A stretch of 57,971 nt of DNA from contig DULF01000023.1 of NCBI GenBank assembly GCA_012840535.1, positions 1 through 57,971 on the forward strand, given 5' to 3'. This DNA comes from Clostridiaceae bacterium (GTDB taxonomy: Bacteria; Bacillota; Clostridia; Acetivibrionales; DUMB01). Both the position numbers and the translations under genes were made by a program. This document shows, piece by piece, positions 37,595 to 46,942 of this stretch (position 1 is its first letter; each line of letters opens with the position of its first letter). The notes under the pieces are model-generated. The model made no database searches. It saw nothing but the letters and a program-made list of their open reading frames with translations, and was not told the DNA's origin.

Positions 37595-37739
37595 ATGATA
37601 ACAGCAAGCTGCTAGGCAAGAATAAACCAAGCGCCGCAAATTTCATAATTCAGTAATTTGTTAGGGAAAGCCAAAATTGGAGCACTTAAATAACAAGAAA
37701 TCAAGTAACATCTGAGAAGTTTTAACATTTCCTGTTGTT

Positions 37740-39572
37740 TCATTTTTGGCTTTCCTTAAAATTATGACTGTAGTAATACTCCACGTTCAGGAAATTCTCC
37801 CAGAGTTTTTTATTCTCATCAGACAACTCCTTTTTATACTCTCCGTTTTCCTTGAAGTAAAGGTTATGGACTACATCAAATTTATCCTTTACCTTGAGCA
37901 GGTATTGCATATACTCATTACCTTCCCAGCCAAGATATTGGAAAAGCTCAGCCATAAGGAAATTAGGACTTATGTCGTTGCCTTTCCCGGTAAAATCCTT
38001 ATTGAACATTTTTTTTGCCCCGTCATTTCCCCAGATTATATAGGGAACCTGATAATAATTTTTAAAGCCTTCCACACTGGATAAGTCCAGGTTGATATTC
38101 AGCATGTCATAGCCTACCCGGTCTTTTCCAAGCCAGGGGTTGTGGTCCCCGAATATGACTATTACTACAGGATCTTCCTCATTCCTGAAATAATCAACTA
38201 ATTTCTTAATTGCCTTGTCAGTTTTATATATTCCTGCGAAATAATTGTTGATGATATTATAAGTAGCTTCATCATAACCGCTTTTTTTCTTTAAGTACTC
38301 CTTGTCAGTGTACTTTTCTGTTGAATAAGGGCCATGGTTCTGGTAGGTTACGGTAAAATTAAAATACGGCTGATTGTTTTTCTTGCATTCCTCATATCCT
38401 TCAATTATATAGTCAAAGAATTCCATGTCCTCCAAATACGCTTCCTGTTCAAACCTGTATTTGTTGTCATAGTGGTCGAAGACTTCAAAACCCAGGTATT
38501 CATTAATATTGCGCCTATTGTAAAAAGAACCTGTTATAGGATGCATGGCGTGGGTCTTGTAGCCCTGCTCCCTCAGATACCAGACAAAAGAGTTAGTGTT
38601 CCTGAAGTACCTTGGGTGGGAATTGAATCCTGTAAGAAAGGCTCTCTCGGTATCTACAGTGCCCCCGGCAAAAATATTTGCTATCAGTTTGCCATGTATA
38701 GATTCACTTTCCAACTGGTGGAAATTCTCGTAAATGTCAATACCCAGTTCCACGCTGTCAAATTCTGAAAAGTCGTTGTATGCTTCCAGCATAACAGAAA
38801 TGATATTAACCTTCCTGTCTGACGGAATGTCCTTGTATTCCATTGAAGACAATTCCTCGACAGCCTTTTTCTCATCGTATCCTTCCAGTTCCCTCTCTTT
38901 TGCATCCTTAATGCTGTATATAAAAGGATAGACAAACCCCTTTGACTGGAACTGCTCAGATTGCACCCAAATATTTATTAAAGTTTTATCCCCAACCTCG
39001 TTGTAAATTCTAGGATTAAAGTAGAAATCATTGAAGATAAAAACGCCTGCAATGATTAAAACCACCAAAAGCGCTATCCTGATTTTCCAGGAATTAATTC
39101 TGTATTTTTTAAAGAATATTTTTAAAATAACCGCGATAAAAATTAAACCAATTATAAGCAATACAATCCTGGGGCTCAAACGCAGGGAATACCTTCTGGT
39201 CATCATCAACGATTCCTTAAACAGCTTTATATCTATAAATTGAAAAGGATCGTCCCTATACATGAGTTTAAACTTGTTTATTAACGACATGAGAACAAAT
39301 AAAAACCCTGTTACCGAGTATCCCAACCATAATTTGTTGGATATCAAATATACAAAAGTCATAAGCAGGAAAATCGGTATGAAATTCATCAACAGGAGCC
39401 ATCCCCCTGTAAAATAGCTTTTAAACAGGGGCAGGTTAAGTGTGGCGCTTGAAAATGCAAAAGTCACTGTCATTATCAAGAAACTTAACGCAAATATAAC
39501 AATAAAAGGCAAAATACTTTCAAGAATCCTGCTGCTTTTTAATTGGCGTTTCTTTGTTTGAATCAATTGCAT
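37740..39572 (-). CDS. LTA-synthase / phosphoglycerol-transferase family membrane protein (sulfatase domain)
   Basis: Five N-terminal TM helices, then an extracellular alkaline-phosphatase-superfamily domain (ISVMLEAYNDF...GGTVDTERAFLTG...FGDHNPW). 610 aa. Confidence 0.85.
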   Translation of the reverse strand: MQLIQTKKRQLKSSRILESILPFIVIFALSFLIMTVTFAFSSATLNLPLFKSYFTGGWLLLMNFIPIFLLMTFVYLISNKLWLGYSVTGFLFVLMSLINKFKLMYRDDPFQFIDIKLFKESLMMTRRYSLRLSPRIVLLIIGLIFIAVILKIFFKKYRINSWKIRIALLVVLIIAGVFIFNDFYFNPRIYNEVGDKTLINIWVQSEQFQSKGFVYPFIYSIKDAKERELEGYDEKKAVEELSSMEYKDIPSDRKVNIISVMLEAYNDFSEFDSVELGIDIYENFHQLESESIHGKLIANIFAGGTVDTERAFLTGFNSHPRYFRNTNSFVWYLREQGYKTHAMHPITGSFYNRRNINEYLGFEVFDHYDNKYRFEQEAYLEDMEFFDYIIEGYEECKKNNQPYFNFTVTYQNHGPYSTEKYTDKEYLKKKSGYDEATYNIINNYFAGIYKTDKAIKKLVDYFRNEEDPVVIVIFGDHNPWLGKDRVGYDMLNINLDLSSVEGFKNYYQVPYIIWGNDGAKKMFNKDFTGKGNDISPNFLMAELFQYLGWEGNEYMQYLLKVKDKFDVVHNLYFKENGEYKKELSDENKKLWENFLNVEYYYSHNFKESQK

Positions 39573-39626
39573 GTCTCAACATACCTTCTTTAAGCTGAAT
39601 TTATTCTTAAAAAATCACTAAAAAGT

Positions 39627-39662
39627 ATTATACCATGAATTTATTAAAATTCATGGTATAAT
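39627..39662. repeat. Perfect 16-bp inverted repeat ATTATACCATGAATTT-ATTA-AAATTCATGGTATAAT carrying an extended -10 on each strand
   Basis: Read directly. The minus-strand TGGTATAAT lies about 55 nt upstream of the ltaS-like start. A third TGTGGTATAAT (minus) is at 39758-39768. Confidence 0.7.
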
Positions 39663-39814
39663 CGCGCATGTGCTCTTCGCCGTCAGGCGAAAATTTCCCA
39701 CGCGCACAATTCCGCCGGAGGCGTATAAATATCCTCTCTTTGGATTCCAATGAGGATATTATACCACAAATTGCATGTAATAGATACATGAAAAGACATG
39801 ATGGAATAGCATAG

Positions 39815-41476
39815 CTATTCTTTACTGCTCATATACCGAACACAATCCCCGCCGGCTGCTTTTGCCTCATACATCATATTGTCCGCTTTATTTATCAGTG
39901 TATCAATACTGTCTCCAGGACAGTAAGCGGCCACCCCGAAGCTTGCAGCCACCCTACCTATGTTTGGTATGTCCATTTGCCTTATTAGCCTTTGCAGTTC
40001 TTCCGCCAAAAAAGCAGCTCCTTTAACAGACATGTCCGGAAGCAGTATCACAAATTCTTCTCCGCCCCAGCGGGCAAGTATATCAATTTTACTAATTCTA
40101 CCCTTGATTACTTCAACCAGGCTTTTTAACACTAAATCGCCAACATTATGACCAAAGCGGTCATTGATGCTTTTAAAGTGATCAATATCCAGCAAGATTA
40201 TAGAAAACTCTTTTCCACTTCTGCTGCTGCGCTCTATTTCTTCTTCCAGTTTTTTTATAAAGTAGCGGCGGTTAAAAGTGTTCGTGAGATAGTCGGTTAC
40301 TGACAAGTGGCGCAGCTCATCTTCCATTCTCTTATACTTTGTAACATCAATTGCATAATGAAGAAAGACATTATCACTAAGTGGGGTCCACCAGACATTC
40401 CATGTTTTATCTGATAATTCAACTTCACAATTTACAGGTTGATTTTTGTCAAAAGCTTCCTCCCTTCGGCAGAAATAACATTTCGTCCCCGGCAGCGGAA
40501 AACTGTAACTTCCGGAACTATTCTTGTATTCATCAGCTAAATGGCCTCCGCCAAGTACATTTTCCCAACAGTATTCACCAACTTTCGTCTTAAACAACGA
40601 TTGCGCCATTCTATTTTGCGCTAAAATATGGCGCTCCCCGGAAACCAGCCAGGCAGGGCTTTGAATACCCTCCAGCATCAACCTGCACTGTTCTTCTTTA
40701 TATCTTTTTTCTTCTTCCAGCTTTTCCCTTTCTGTCAGGTCAGCCGCAAGAGCAACACATAACTCTTCACCATCGTAATTGTGAAGCTGCATGTTTACTT
40801 CCACAGGATATAAAGTACCGTCTTTCCGTCGATGTACCGTATTAAATATAATTTTTTCATGCTCTTTGTTGATTAAAATGTTAATGAGTTTTTGAAAACT
40901 TCTTTGGTTTAACTCCTCATTAATATCAAGAGGAGACATATTTCTAAGCTCTTCGGCCGTATAACCCAGATTCTCCCTGGCAACACGGTTTACAGCTACA
41001 AACTTCATGGATTTTAAGTGTAAAATATAGTATTCATTCAAAGAGCTTTCAAAAATCCTTTCAAACATACTGGCATGAGAAATAGCCTGATTGAGCTTCA
41101 AAGCCATTTCAACGGTAGATAATAGCGCGGCTTTATCCGTATTTTTCAACACAAACCCATATGCCTTAACTTTCTTTATCTTATTAACAATTTCCTCGGA
41201 TGTTTGAGCAGTAAGAAATACAACGGGAATATCTCGAATTTTCGCTATCTTGTCAGCGGCCTCTATTCCATTCATTTTCCCTGCTAATTCAATATCCATC
41301 AGGATCAGGTCCGGGGACATGCCACAACTGATTTTTTGTACAGCTTCTTCTCCTGTAGCAATAGTTTCAGTGTCATACCCGTTTTCACCTAAAAGATCCG
41401 TTAAGACCCTGGCAGTCAGCCGGCTATCTTCCACCAGCAATATTTTTTTCTTCCTGGTGGAAACACTTCCAATCAC
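39815..41476 (-). CDS. Response-regulator receiver, PAS, Cys-containing PAS-like and GGDEF diguanylate cyclase
   Basis: KILLVEDS...LILMDIEL receiver, PAS (NEYYILH...TVHRRKDGTLYPVEV), and GGDEF domain with an intact RWGGEEF. Confidence 0.87.
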   Translation of the reverse strand: MIGSVSTRKKKILLVEDSRLTARVLTDLLGENGYDTETIATGEEAVQKISCGMSPDLILMDIELAGKMNGIEAADKIAKIRDIPVVFLTAQTSEEIVNKIKKVKAYGFVLKNTDKAALLSTVEMALKLNQAISHASMFERIFESSLNEYYILHLKSMKFVAVNRVARENLGYTAEELRNMSPLDINEELNQRSFQKLINILINKEHEKIIFNTVHRRKDGTLYPVEVNMQLHNYDGEELCVALAADLTEREKLEEEKRYKEEQCRLMLEGIQSPAWLVSGERHILAQNRMAQSLFKTKVGEYCWENVLGGGHLADEYKNSSGSYSFPLPGTKCYFCRREEAFDKNQPVNCEVELSDKTWNVWWTPLSDNVFLHYAIDVTKYKRMEDELRHLSVTDYLTNTFNRRYFIKKLEEEIERSSRSGKEFSIILLDIDHFKSINDRFGHNVGDLVLKSLVEVIKGRISKIDILARWGGEEFVILLPDMSVKGAAFLAEELQRLIRQMDIPNIGRVAASFGVAAYCPGDSIDTLINKADNMMYEAKAAGGDCVRYMSSKE

Positions 41477-41548
41477 CTTTTATCACCAACCACTTGCTTA
41501 TTTTAATGCTTATATGCTTTGTGCTTAACGGGTTTTATCTTTTGGAAC

Positions 41549-42592
41549 TTAACGGACTTTATCTGTATCAGAAGGCACCAGTACTGCCTTTACAATTCCC
41601 TCATCTCCACTGAAACACTTTCTAATAATTTCCGGAGCTTCTTCAAAAGAGAATGTATGAGTTATAATACTCCCTGCATCAAGAAGTCCTTCCCGTATCA
41701 GCTTGATAGATGTAGGAAAGCTTTGGGCAGGCTCAGCAAAAGTAGAATTTATAGTAATTTTATTGAAAATCAGCTCATTCACATCAATCTCAACTTTGCT
41801 TCTGCCACCAAGGTCAATTCCTGCTATGGAAATAACTCCGCCGTATCTGGCCATTTTAATTGCATCAGGCAATGTTTCAGGAGGAGAGGTCACAATTATG
41901 CTATCTGCACCACCTTTAAAATAGCTCTTTACAGCTTCAACCGCATCAGTCTCACTAGATTCAATTATTTTGTCGGCACCCATCTTTTCTCCTGCCTTAA
42001 AACGCGCGGCGCCCTTTTTGTTTTTGCCTGAAGTGCCTACAAGTGCAACCTTTGCGGCTCCCATAAGTTTTGCTATGCGAACGCACATAAGTCCTATCGG
42101 CCCGTGCCCTAACACAACAACATTGCTGCCAAGCTGAACTTTGGCGTTGAGCACAGCGTTAATTGAAACAGCACATGGCTCTACAAGAGAAGCATTTACG
42201 AAATCAATCCCATCAAAATGATTCAGCATCCTGTAATCCACACAAAGGTATTCGGACATACCCGGCTGCCCGTTAAGTGTCGGGCCGCTGCGGCATTTAT
42301 AAGTAGCTCCGTTTTTACAATCACTGCACACACCGCACTGCGCAACATCCTCTACAATTACTTTATCCCCTGGTTTATAACCGTGTACGCCTTTACCTAC
42401 TTCAACAACTTCTCCTGATATCTCATGTCCCAACGGAGCATAGTCCTCTTTCCAATTCTTCGAAATGTGAAGGTCTGTCCCACATACTCCGCATGCCCTT
42501 ACTTTTACGAGAACTTCCCCTTCTTTAGGTGATGGAACCGGCATTTCACGGATATCAAACTGAAATTCCCCTTTTGCAAATAAGGCCTTCAT
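41549..42592 (-). CDS. Zinc-dependent medium-chain dehydrogenase (sorbitol/threonine dehydrogenase-like)
   Basis: VRACGVCGTDLH, GHEISGEVVEVG, structural-zinc CGVCSDCKNG..C, and Rossmann VVVLGHGPIG. The ATG at 42592 has a GGGGGGAG SD. TGTTATAAT extended -10 lies upstream. Confidence 0.87.
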   Translation of the reverse strand: MKALFAKGEFQFDIREMPVPSPKEGEVLVKVRACGVCGTDLHISKNWKEDYAPLGHEISGEVVEVGKGVHGYKPGDKVIVEDVAQCGVCSDCKNGATYKCRSGPTLNGQPGMSEYLCVDYRMLNHFDGIDFVNASLVEPCAVSINAVLNAKVQLGSNVVVLGHGPIGLMCVRIAKLMGAAKVALVGTSGKNKKGAARFKAGEKMGADKIIESSETDAVEAVKSYFKGGADSIIVTSPPETLPDAIKMARYGGVISIAGIDLGGRSKVEIDVNELIFNKITINSTFAEPAQSFPTSIKLIREGLLDAGSIITHTFSFEEAPEIIRKCFSGDEGIVKAVLVPSDTDKVR

Positions 42593-42773
42593 CATGACTC
42601 CCCCCCGCAAAGCATTATAACAGAAGCCCTGGATAACTATTAAGAATATTTTATCATCTATCAAAACCTCAAACAAGCTATATATTCTTCGTGTATAAAA
42701 ATATTTTATAGCGAAAGGGCCATGTTTGCTTTTGAAATAAGGAAACTTTCCCTAGTTAATTCTTTGTTTGCCC

Positions 42774-43745
42774 TCAATACGCCCTCATCCTCTTCCAGAC
42801 ATCCAGTATGAGCTTGTATCTTTCTGCGGGCAGACCTTTAAACGGAACATTGCTTGTACAAAAAATATATCCTCCTCCCGGCTTTGCATGGGTAAGGCAG
42901 TATTCCGCGCTTTCAATAACCTCTTCATCGGTGCCTGTCTGCATGAGTGCGCAGTTTACATTTCCGCACAAGCATACCTTGTCTCCCACAAGCCTTTTCA
43001 CTTCCTTGATATCCACCCTTGCCATGGGGTCCAACGAATGCAGCCCATGAGGTCTGCATTCAACAAGCTGGTCAAGTATCGGCATGATGTTACCGTCAGT
43101 GTGCTTTATTGTATATAACCCGTCTTTCCTGGCTTCATCTATTATTTTTTTAAGGTAAGGCTGTATATATATGCCAAACATTTCAGGAGATAAAAAAGGC
43201 CCCGAGTTATAGCAGTAGTCAGAACACAGAATTAAACAGTCTATTCCTGCTTCAGCAGCCCGTTTGTTTCTCTCAATAGCGTTTTCCGCTATTTTTAGAG
43301 CTTTTTGTTTCATCCCCTCAGAATCATCCGCTATTGCGTATGCAAATTCATACATTTCGTCGCCATCCGGAATGGAAAATGTACCGTCGCCATGGAAGTG
43401 AATCATGTAGTTATCCCCTGTTATCTGTCTCAAATACTTAATAAAAAGCTTTGTTTCATAGGGAATACCACCAGGTCCGCATGATTCAAAATCGCCGAGA
43501 TAAGCACACGGGAATATGGAATACTCGAGACTGCTATACACCTTGAACCAGCGTTCTGCAAGTTTATAAATCATTTTCTCCTTTTCCCTGGAACTGAGTT
43601 TTGCAAGATTTCCGGCAGAATACTCTTCTGTGATAAGCTTTTCTCCGAACATTTCCTCGTCTAGCTGGAATTCCAGTTCAAATGTGGGCACCATGTCAGG
43701 TTTCCTTAACGTCAATGCTGCAATTGCCCTCTCTTTAGGCGTCAT
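42774..43745 (-). CDS. URO-D fold family protein, function unknown (copy 2)
   Basis: RKPDMVPTFELEF...IKHTDGN...CGNVNC...KPGGGYIFCTSNVP. GAGGGGG SD before ATG 43745. Confidence 0.8.
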   Translation of the reverse strand: MTPKERAIAALTLRKPDMVPTFELEFQLDEEMFGEKLITEEYSAGNLAKLSSREKEKMIYKLAERWFKVYSSLEYSIFPCAYLGDFESCGPGGIPYETKLFIKYLRQITGDNYMIHFHGDGTFSIPDGDEMYEFAYAIADDSEGMKQKALKIAENAIERNKRAAEAGIDCLILCSDYCYNSGPFLSPEMFGIYIQPYLKKIIDEARKDGLYTIKHTDGNIMPILDQLVECRPHGLHSLDPMARVDIKEVKRLVGDKVCLCGNVNCALMQTGTDEEVIESAEYCLTHAKPGGGYIFCTSNVPFKGLPAERYKLILDVWKRMRAY

Positions 43746-43783
43746 ATTAAAATACCCCCTCACAAAATAGCTATTGATATTCT

Positions 43784-43799
43784 ATTCATACGTATGAAT
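43784..43799. promoter_or_regulatory. Perfect 16-bp palindrome ATTCATACGTATGAAT, candidate LacI-family operator upstream of URO-D copy 2
   Basis: Read directly. The CG-centred palindrome sits 39 nt upstream of the start codon. Confidence 0.55.
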
Positions 43800-43848
43800 T
43801 ATTATGTATAATATACTAATAAATCCTGCGCGTCCAAACGTCCTTATA

Positions 43849-44922
43849 TTATGTCTTATGCAGGCTTCCGGAAGCATAATTCCGGCTGTTTCTTAACGTT
43901 GATTCCCTTACTGTAAGATGAGGCATCAGCTCCAGTTTATGGCAGGCTGTATCCCCTTCTATCTTTTCAAGGAGGATATTTACGGCCTTAACCGCAATGT
44001 CATACAAAGGCTCATCCACAGTTGTAAGCGAGGGATACAAAAACGGTGCGAAAAGGTCGTTGTCAAGGGAAATTACACCCAGGCTGTCCGGTACGTTGAT
44101 TCCGGTCCTTGCCGCTGCTTTTAAAAACAAAAAGCACAAATATGACGTGGATATGACGGCATCATATTCATTCGATTTCAAGAAGGCTGTAAATTCACTG
44201 ATGTTTGTTTCTTCGTCAAATGACAGCTTAAGTGGCCCCACCGCGCTAAACTTGATTCCATTGTTCAATGCGGCTTTCAGGCATCCTTCATACCGTTCCC
44301 TTTCTGCATAAACCAAATTGTTTATTTCGTCAAACAATACATAGGCTATATTTTTGTAACCCATTTCTGCAAGATGGTTCACAGCCATTTTGCCGCTTTC
44401 AAGGAAACTGACGTCCACACAGCTTACTCCGGGAATATCCCTGGCTCCAATGACGCAAACAAAAGGTATTTTATAAGATGTCAGTTCCTCAATAACCCCT
44501 TCATAGAGAACGCCTACATATGATACGTACACCAGTCCGTCTATCCTGTTTTGCAGATAGTAGTCAATATAGTCTTTTTTACCGCTTATTCCCGGTTTAC
44601 CTGTGCATATGACCACACCCATGTCCTTTTCGGAGCATACCGCCTGTACCCCCTTGATAACAGGCGGAAAAACAAAAGTATGGGCGTCCCATGATGACAG
44701 AAGGCCTATGGAACCCGCTTTCCTGCTCTTCATGTTCCTGGCGTTGACATTGATCCGGTAGTTCAGCTTCCTGGCTGCCTCAAGGACTTTAGCCCTTGTC
44801 TCCGGTTTTATTTTCTTGTCCTTGACATTGTTGAGCACAAGGGAAACCGTACTCTGTGATACCCCTGCAGCCTTTGCCACATCCCGGCTTGTAACCTTTT
44901 TGTCCAATTTATCACCCAACAT
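43849..44922 (-). CDS. LacI-family transcriptional regulator
   Basis: VTSRDVAKAAGVSQSTVSLVLNN HTH plus a periplasmic-binding-protein-like sugar domain. No SD before ATG 44922; the start may be the downstream TTG (MDKKVTSRDVA). Confidence 0.9.
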   Translation of the reverse strand: MLGDKLDKKVTSRDVAKAAGVSQSTVSLVLNNVKDKKIKPETRAKVLEAARKLNYRINVNARNMKSRKAGSIGLLSSWDAHTFVFPPVIKGVQAVCSEKDMGVVICTGKPGISGKKDYIDYYLQNRIDGLVYVSYVGVLYEGVIEELTSYKIPFVCVIGARDIPGVSCVDVSFLESGKMAVNHLAEMGYKNIAYVLFDEINNLVYAERERYEGCLKAALNNGIKFSAVGPLKLSFDEETNISEFTAFLKSNEYDAVISTSYLCFLFLKAAARTGINVPDSLGVISLDNDLFAPFLYPSLTTVDEPLYDIAVKAVNILLEKIEGDTACHKLELMPHLTVRESTLRNSRNYASGSLHKT

Positions 44923-44927
44923 AAAAA

Positions 44928-44943
44928 ATTCATACGTATTAAT
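44928..44943. promoter_or_regulatory. Second copy of the operator-like palindrome (ATTCATACGTATTAAT, 15/16 identical)
   Basis: Read directly. It lies 6-21 nt upstream of the annotated lacI-type ATG. Confidence 0.5.
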
Positions 44944-45013
44944 AATATATTAAACTGCTTATGCATGGTTGTCAATAGATTAACCAAATTACGGATGAAT
45001 CTGCTGCATTACT

Positions 45014-46222
45014 TTATTTCTTCAGTTGTTTTAAAGGTGGTTCCATGTTATTTGTTATTCCATGGTTCTCCCCCTGTCTCCCGCTTTTTTTAAATATATT
45101 CCCGGCCAAAATCAATGCTGCTGCTGTGCCAATGGCTAAACCAACTGCAATAGAAGCATATGTGCCAAAATTTATAATCATAAATCCGAAAAACGGGGCG
45201 CTGACTACGCCTGAGAGGCCGATTACCGATTCGCCAAGGCCCAGACAGCTTACTTTATACTTTTCAGGCGCCAGTTCATATATATAAGTTTTATACACAG
45301 CTGCAATAAGGCCATAGGCAAGGCCGGATAAAGTGCCCATTAGTATTATTGCCAGGCTGCTGCTGAAAACGAGAATCAGAAGCAGTCTGGCTATTTGCAG
45401 TATTATTGCGGCAAAAATCAAGTTTTTGCTGTGATATTTCCTTAGAAGCCTGGAAGTAAGGAAGAAGGAAATCAACTCGGGTGTAGAATCAAAAAAGTAT
45501 GCAAATCCCAGGCTAAGAGGCCCTCCCCCCGAATCGGAAACAAGCACTCCCAGATAAACATAAATGCCTTTTACTACAAAGAAATACATAAAAAGAATTA
45601 TTAGTATGTACATCAGCGGCCTGATTTTAATAATCTGAGCCAGCCCTTCCTTAACGGAGACATCCCCTTTGTCTCTCTTGCCACCTGCAGCCTTATAAAA
45701 TTTAACCTCTTTGCTTTCAGCTATCCATAATATTGATAACAGAAGAAAACACACACTTATCAGTATATACCAGGCATATATGTCCCATCCAAACTTTTCA
45801 AGCAATAAACCCAGAAGAATTGCGGACAGCGAATACCCAATGGAACCAAATCCGCGTATTGTGCCAAATTTGTTCTGATCTCCGTTTTCTTTTAAAACTT
45901 CAATATACCATGCCTCTGAGAGAGGTACACTTCCGTTGAAAAAAATTCCCCATAACAGTATTATTATATTAATGACCCAGCGATCTTTTGAAAACAACAA
46001 AGCTATTGTCGCAATTGCCCCAATGATTATTGAAATAAAAAGTATTTTTTTGACACTCTTAAAACGGTCGGCCAGATAACCGATTAAGTTCCGTCCGATA
46101 AATGTTGAAAAGGTAAATATTGAAACAGCAATGCTTATTTCCTTTTTTGAGAAACCAGCATCGGCAATATACATGGTATACATGCCTACAGTGCTTACCA
46201 TCATCAGCCAATATATAAACAT
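45014..46222 (-). CDS. MFS transporter
   Basis: 12-TM-like hydrophobic profile with motif A GYLADRFKSVKK after TM2. The first ~47 codons of the track ORF are AT-rich Y/N/F low complexity and probably non-coding. True start is uncertain (46222 to about 46270). Confidence 0.8.
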   Translation of the reverse strand: MFIYWLMMVSTVGMYTMYIADAGFSKKEISIAVSIFTFSTFIGRNLIGYLADRFKSVKKILFISIIIGAIATIALLFSKDRWVINIIILLWGIFFNGSVPLSEAWYIEVLKENGDQNKFGTIRGFGSIGYSLSAILLGLLLEKFGWDIYAWYILISVCFLLLSILWIAESKEVKFYKAAGGKRDKGDVSVKEGLAQIIKIRPLMYILIILFMYFFVVKGIYVYLGVLVSDSGGGPLSLGFAYFFDSTPELISFFLTSRLLRKYHSKNLIFAAIILQIARLLLILVFSSSLAIILMGTLSGLAYGLIAAVYKTYIYELAPEKYKVSCLGLGESVIGLSGVVSAPFFGFMIINFGTYASIAVGLAIGTAAALILAGNIFKKSGRQGENHGITNNMEPPLKQLKK

Positions 46223-46527
46223 GAAAATTTTGAATTTATAATATTCTTTCCTAATTATAATCCCCACCTGATTATAAAAATTCAAGTTAAAATAATCTAG
46301 CCTGCAATAATAATTATATTGTATTGTATAATAGAAATGAAAGAAGTACAATACTGTTGACAACAGCTTAAAAAGATAATAATATTAAAATGCCCGAACT
46401 GATGAGTGTTCTTTAAATACTTTATGTAATGTGTAACTCAAGGAATTTTTTCAAAAAATTTGCATATTGACATTCACTATACAGTATATTATAATGTTAA
46501 AGTCGCTTGAAAATCTCATTTAATGAT

Positions 46528-46616
46528 GCCGGAGTGGCGGAATTGGCAGACGCACAGGACTTAAAATCCTGCGGTCCGTAAGGACTGTACCGGTTCGATC
46601 CCGGTTTCCGGCACCA
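46528..46616 (+). tRNA. tRNA-Leu (anticodon UAA), long variable arm
   Basis: GCCGGAGTGGCGGAATTGGCAGACGCACAGGACTTAAAATCCTGCGGTCCGTAAGGACTGTACCGGTTCGATCCCGGTTTCCGGCACCA. Promoter TTGACA-17-TATAAT upstream. Confidence 0.93.
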
Positions 46617-46734
46617 AATTCAAATTAGAGCATAAAATGGATTATATATAGTTCAAAAAGAATTGCAGAACATACTTGCAAAATTATAAGTTCAGTGTTA
46701 TACTATTATAGCGTCAAGAAAACATAATTAACGC

Positions 46735-46810
<76 letters not shown>

Positions 46811-46942
46811 CAGAGAACCGCTAGGTAGAAGGCTTAGCGGTTTTACTATATTCTTACAACAGTTAACATAAAAGGGTTTTGACTACTTTAGGCGCTGAAA
46901 GTTAATATAGGTTACTAAAAGATATAGATAAATATAAAAAGC

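Noticed and set aside
39663-39722. Possible c-di-GMP-I (GEMM) riboswitch next to the diguanylate cyclase gene (ACGCCTCCGGCGG versus ACGCAAAGCCUCCGGC).
   Set aside because: Only a short chance-level match. The tetraloop/receptor helices and conserved GGCAAA-type segments are missing. It is kept only as an unclassified structured island.
46223-46363. First 47 codons of the MFS ORF in the track (MSTVLYFFHFYYTIQYNYYCRLDYFNLNFYNQ...).
   Set aside because: It is an AT-rich, Tyr/Asn/Phe low-complexity translation of what looks like promoter DNA (TTGAAT...TATAAT). MFS TM1 and motif A align without it.
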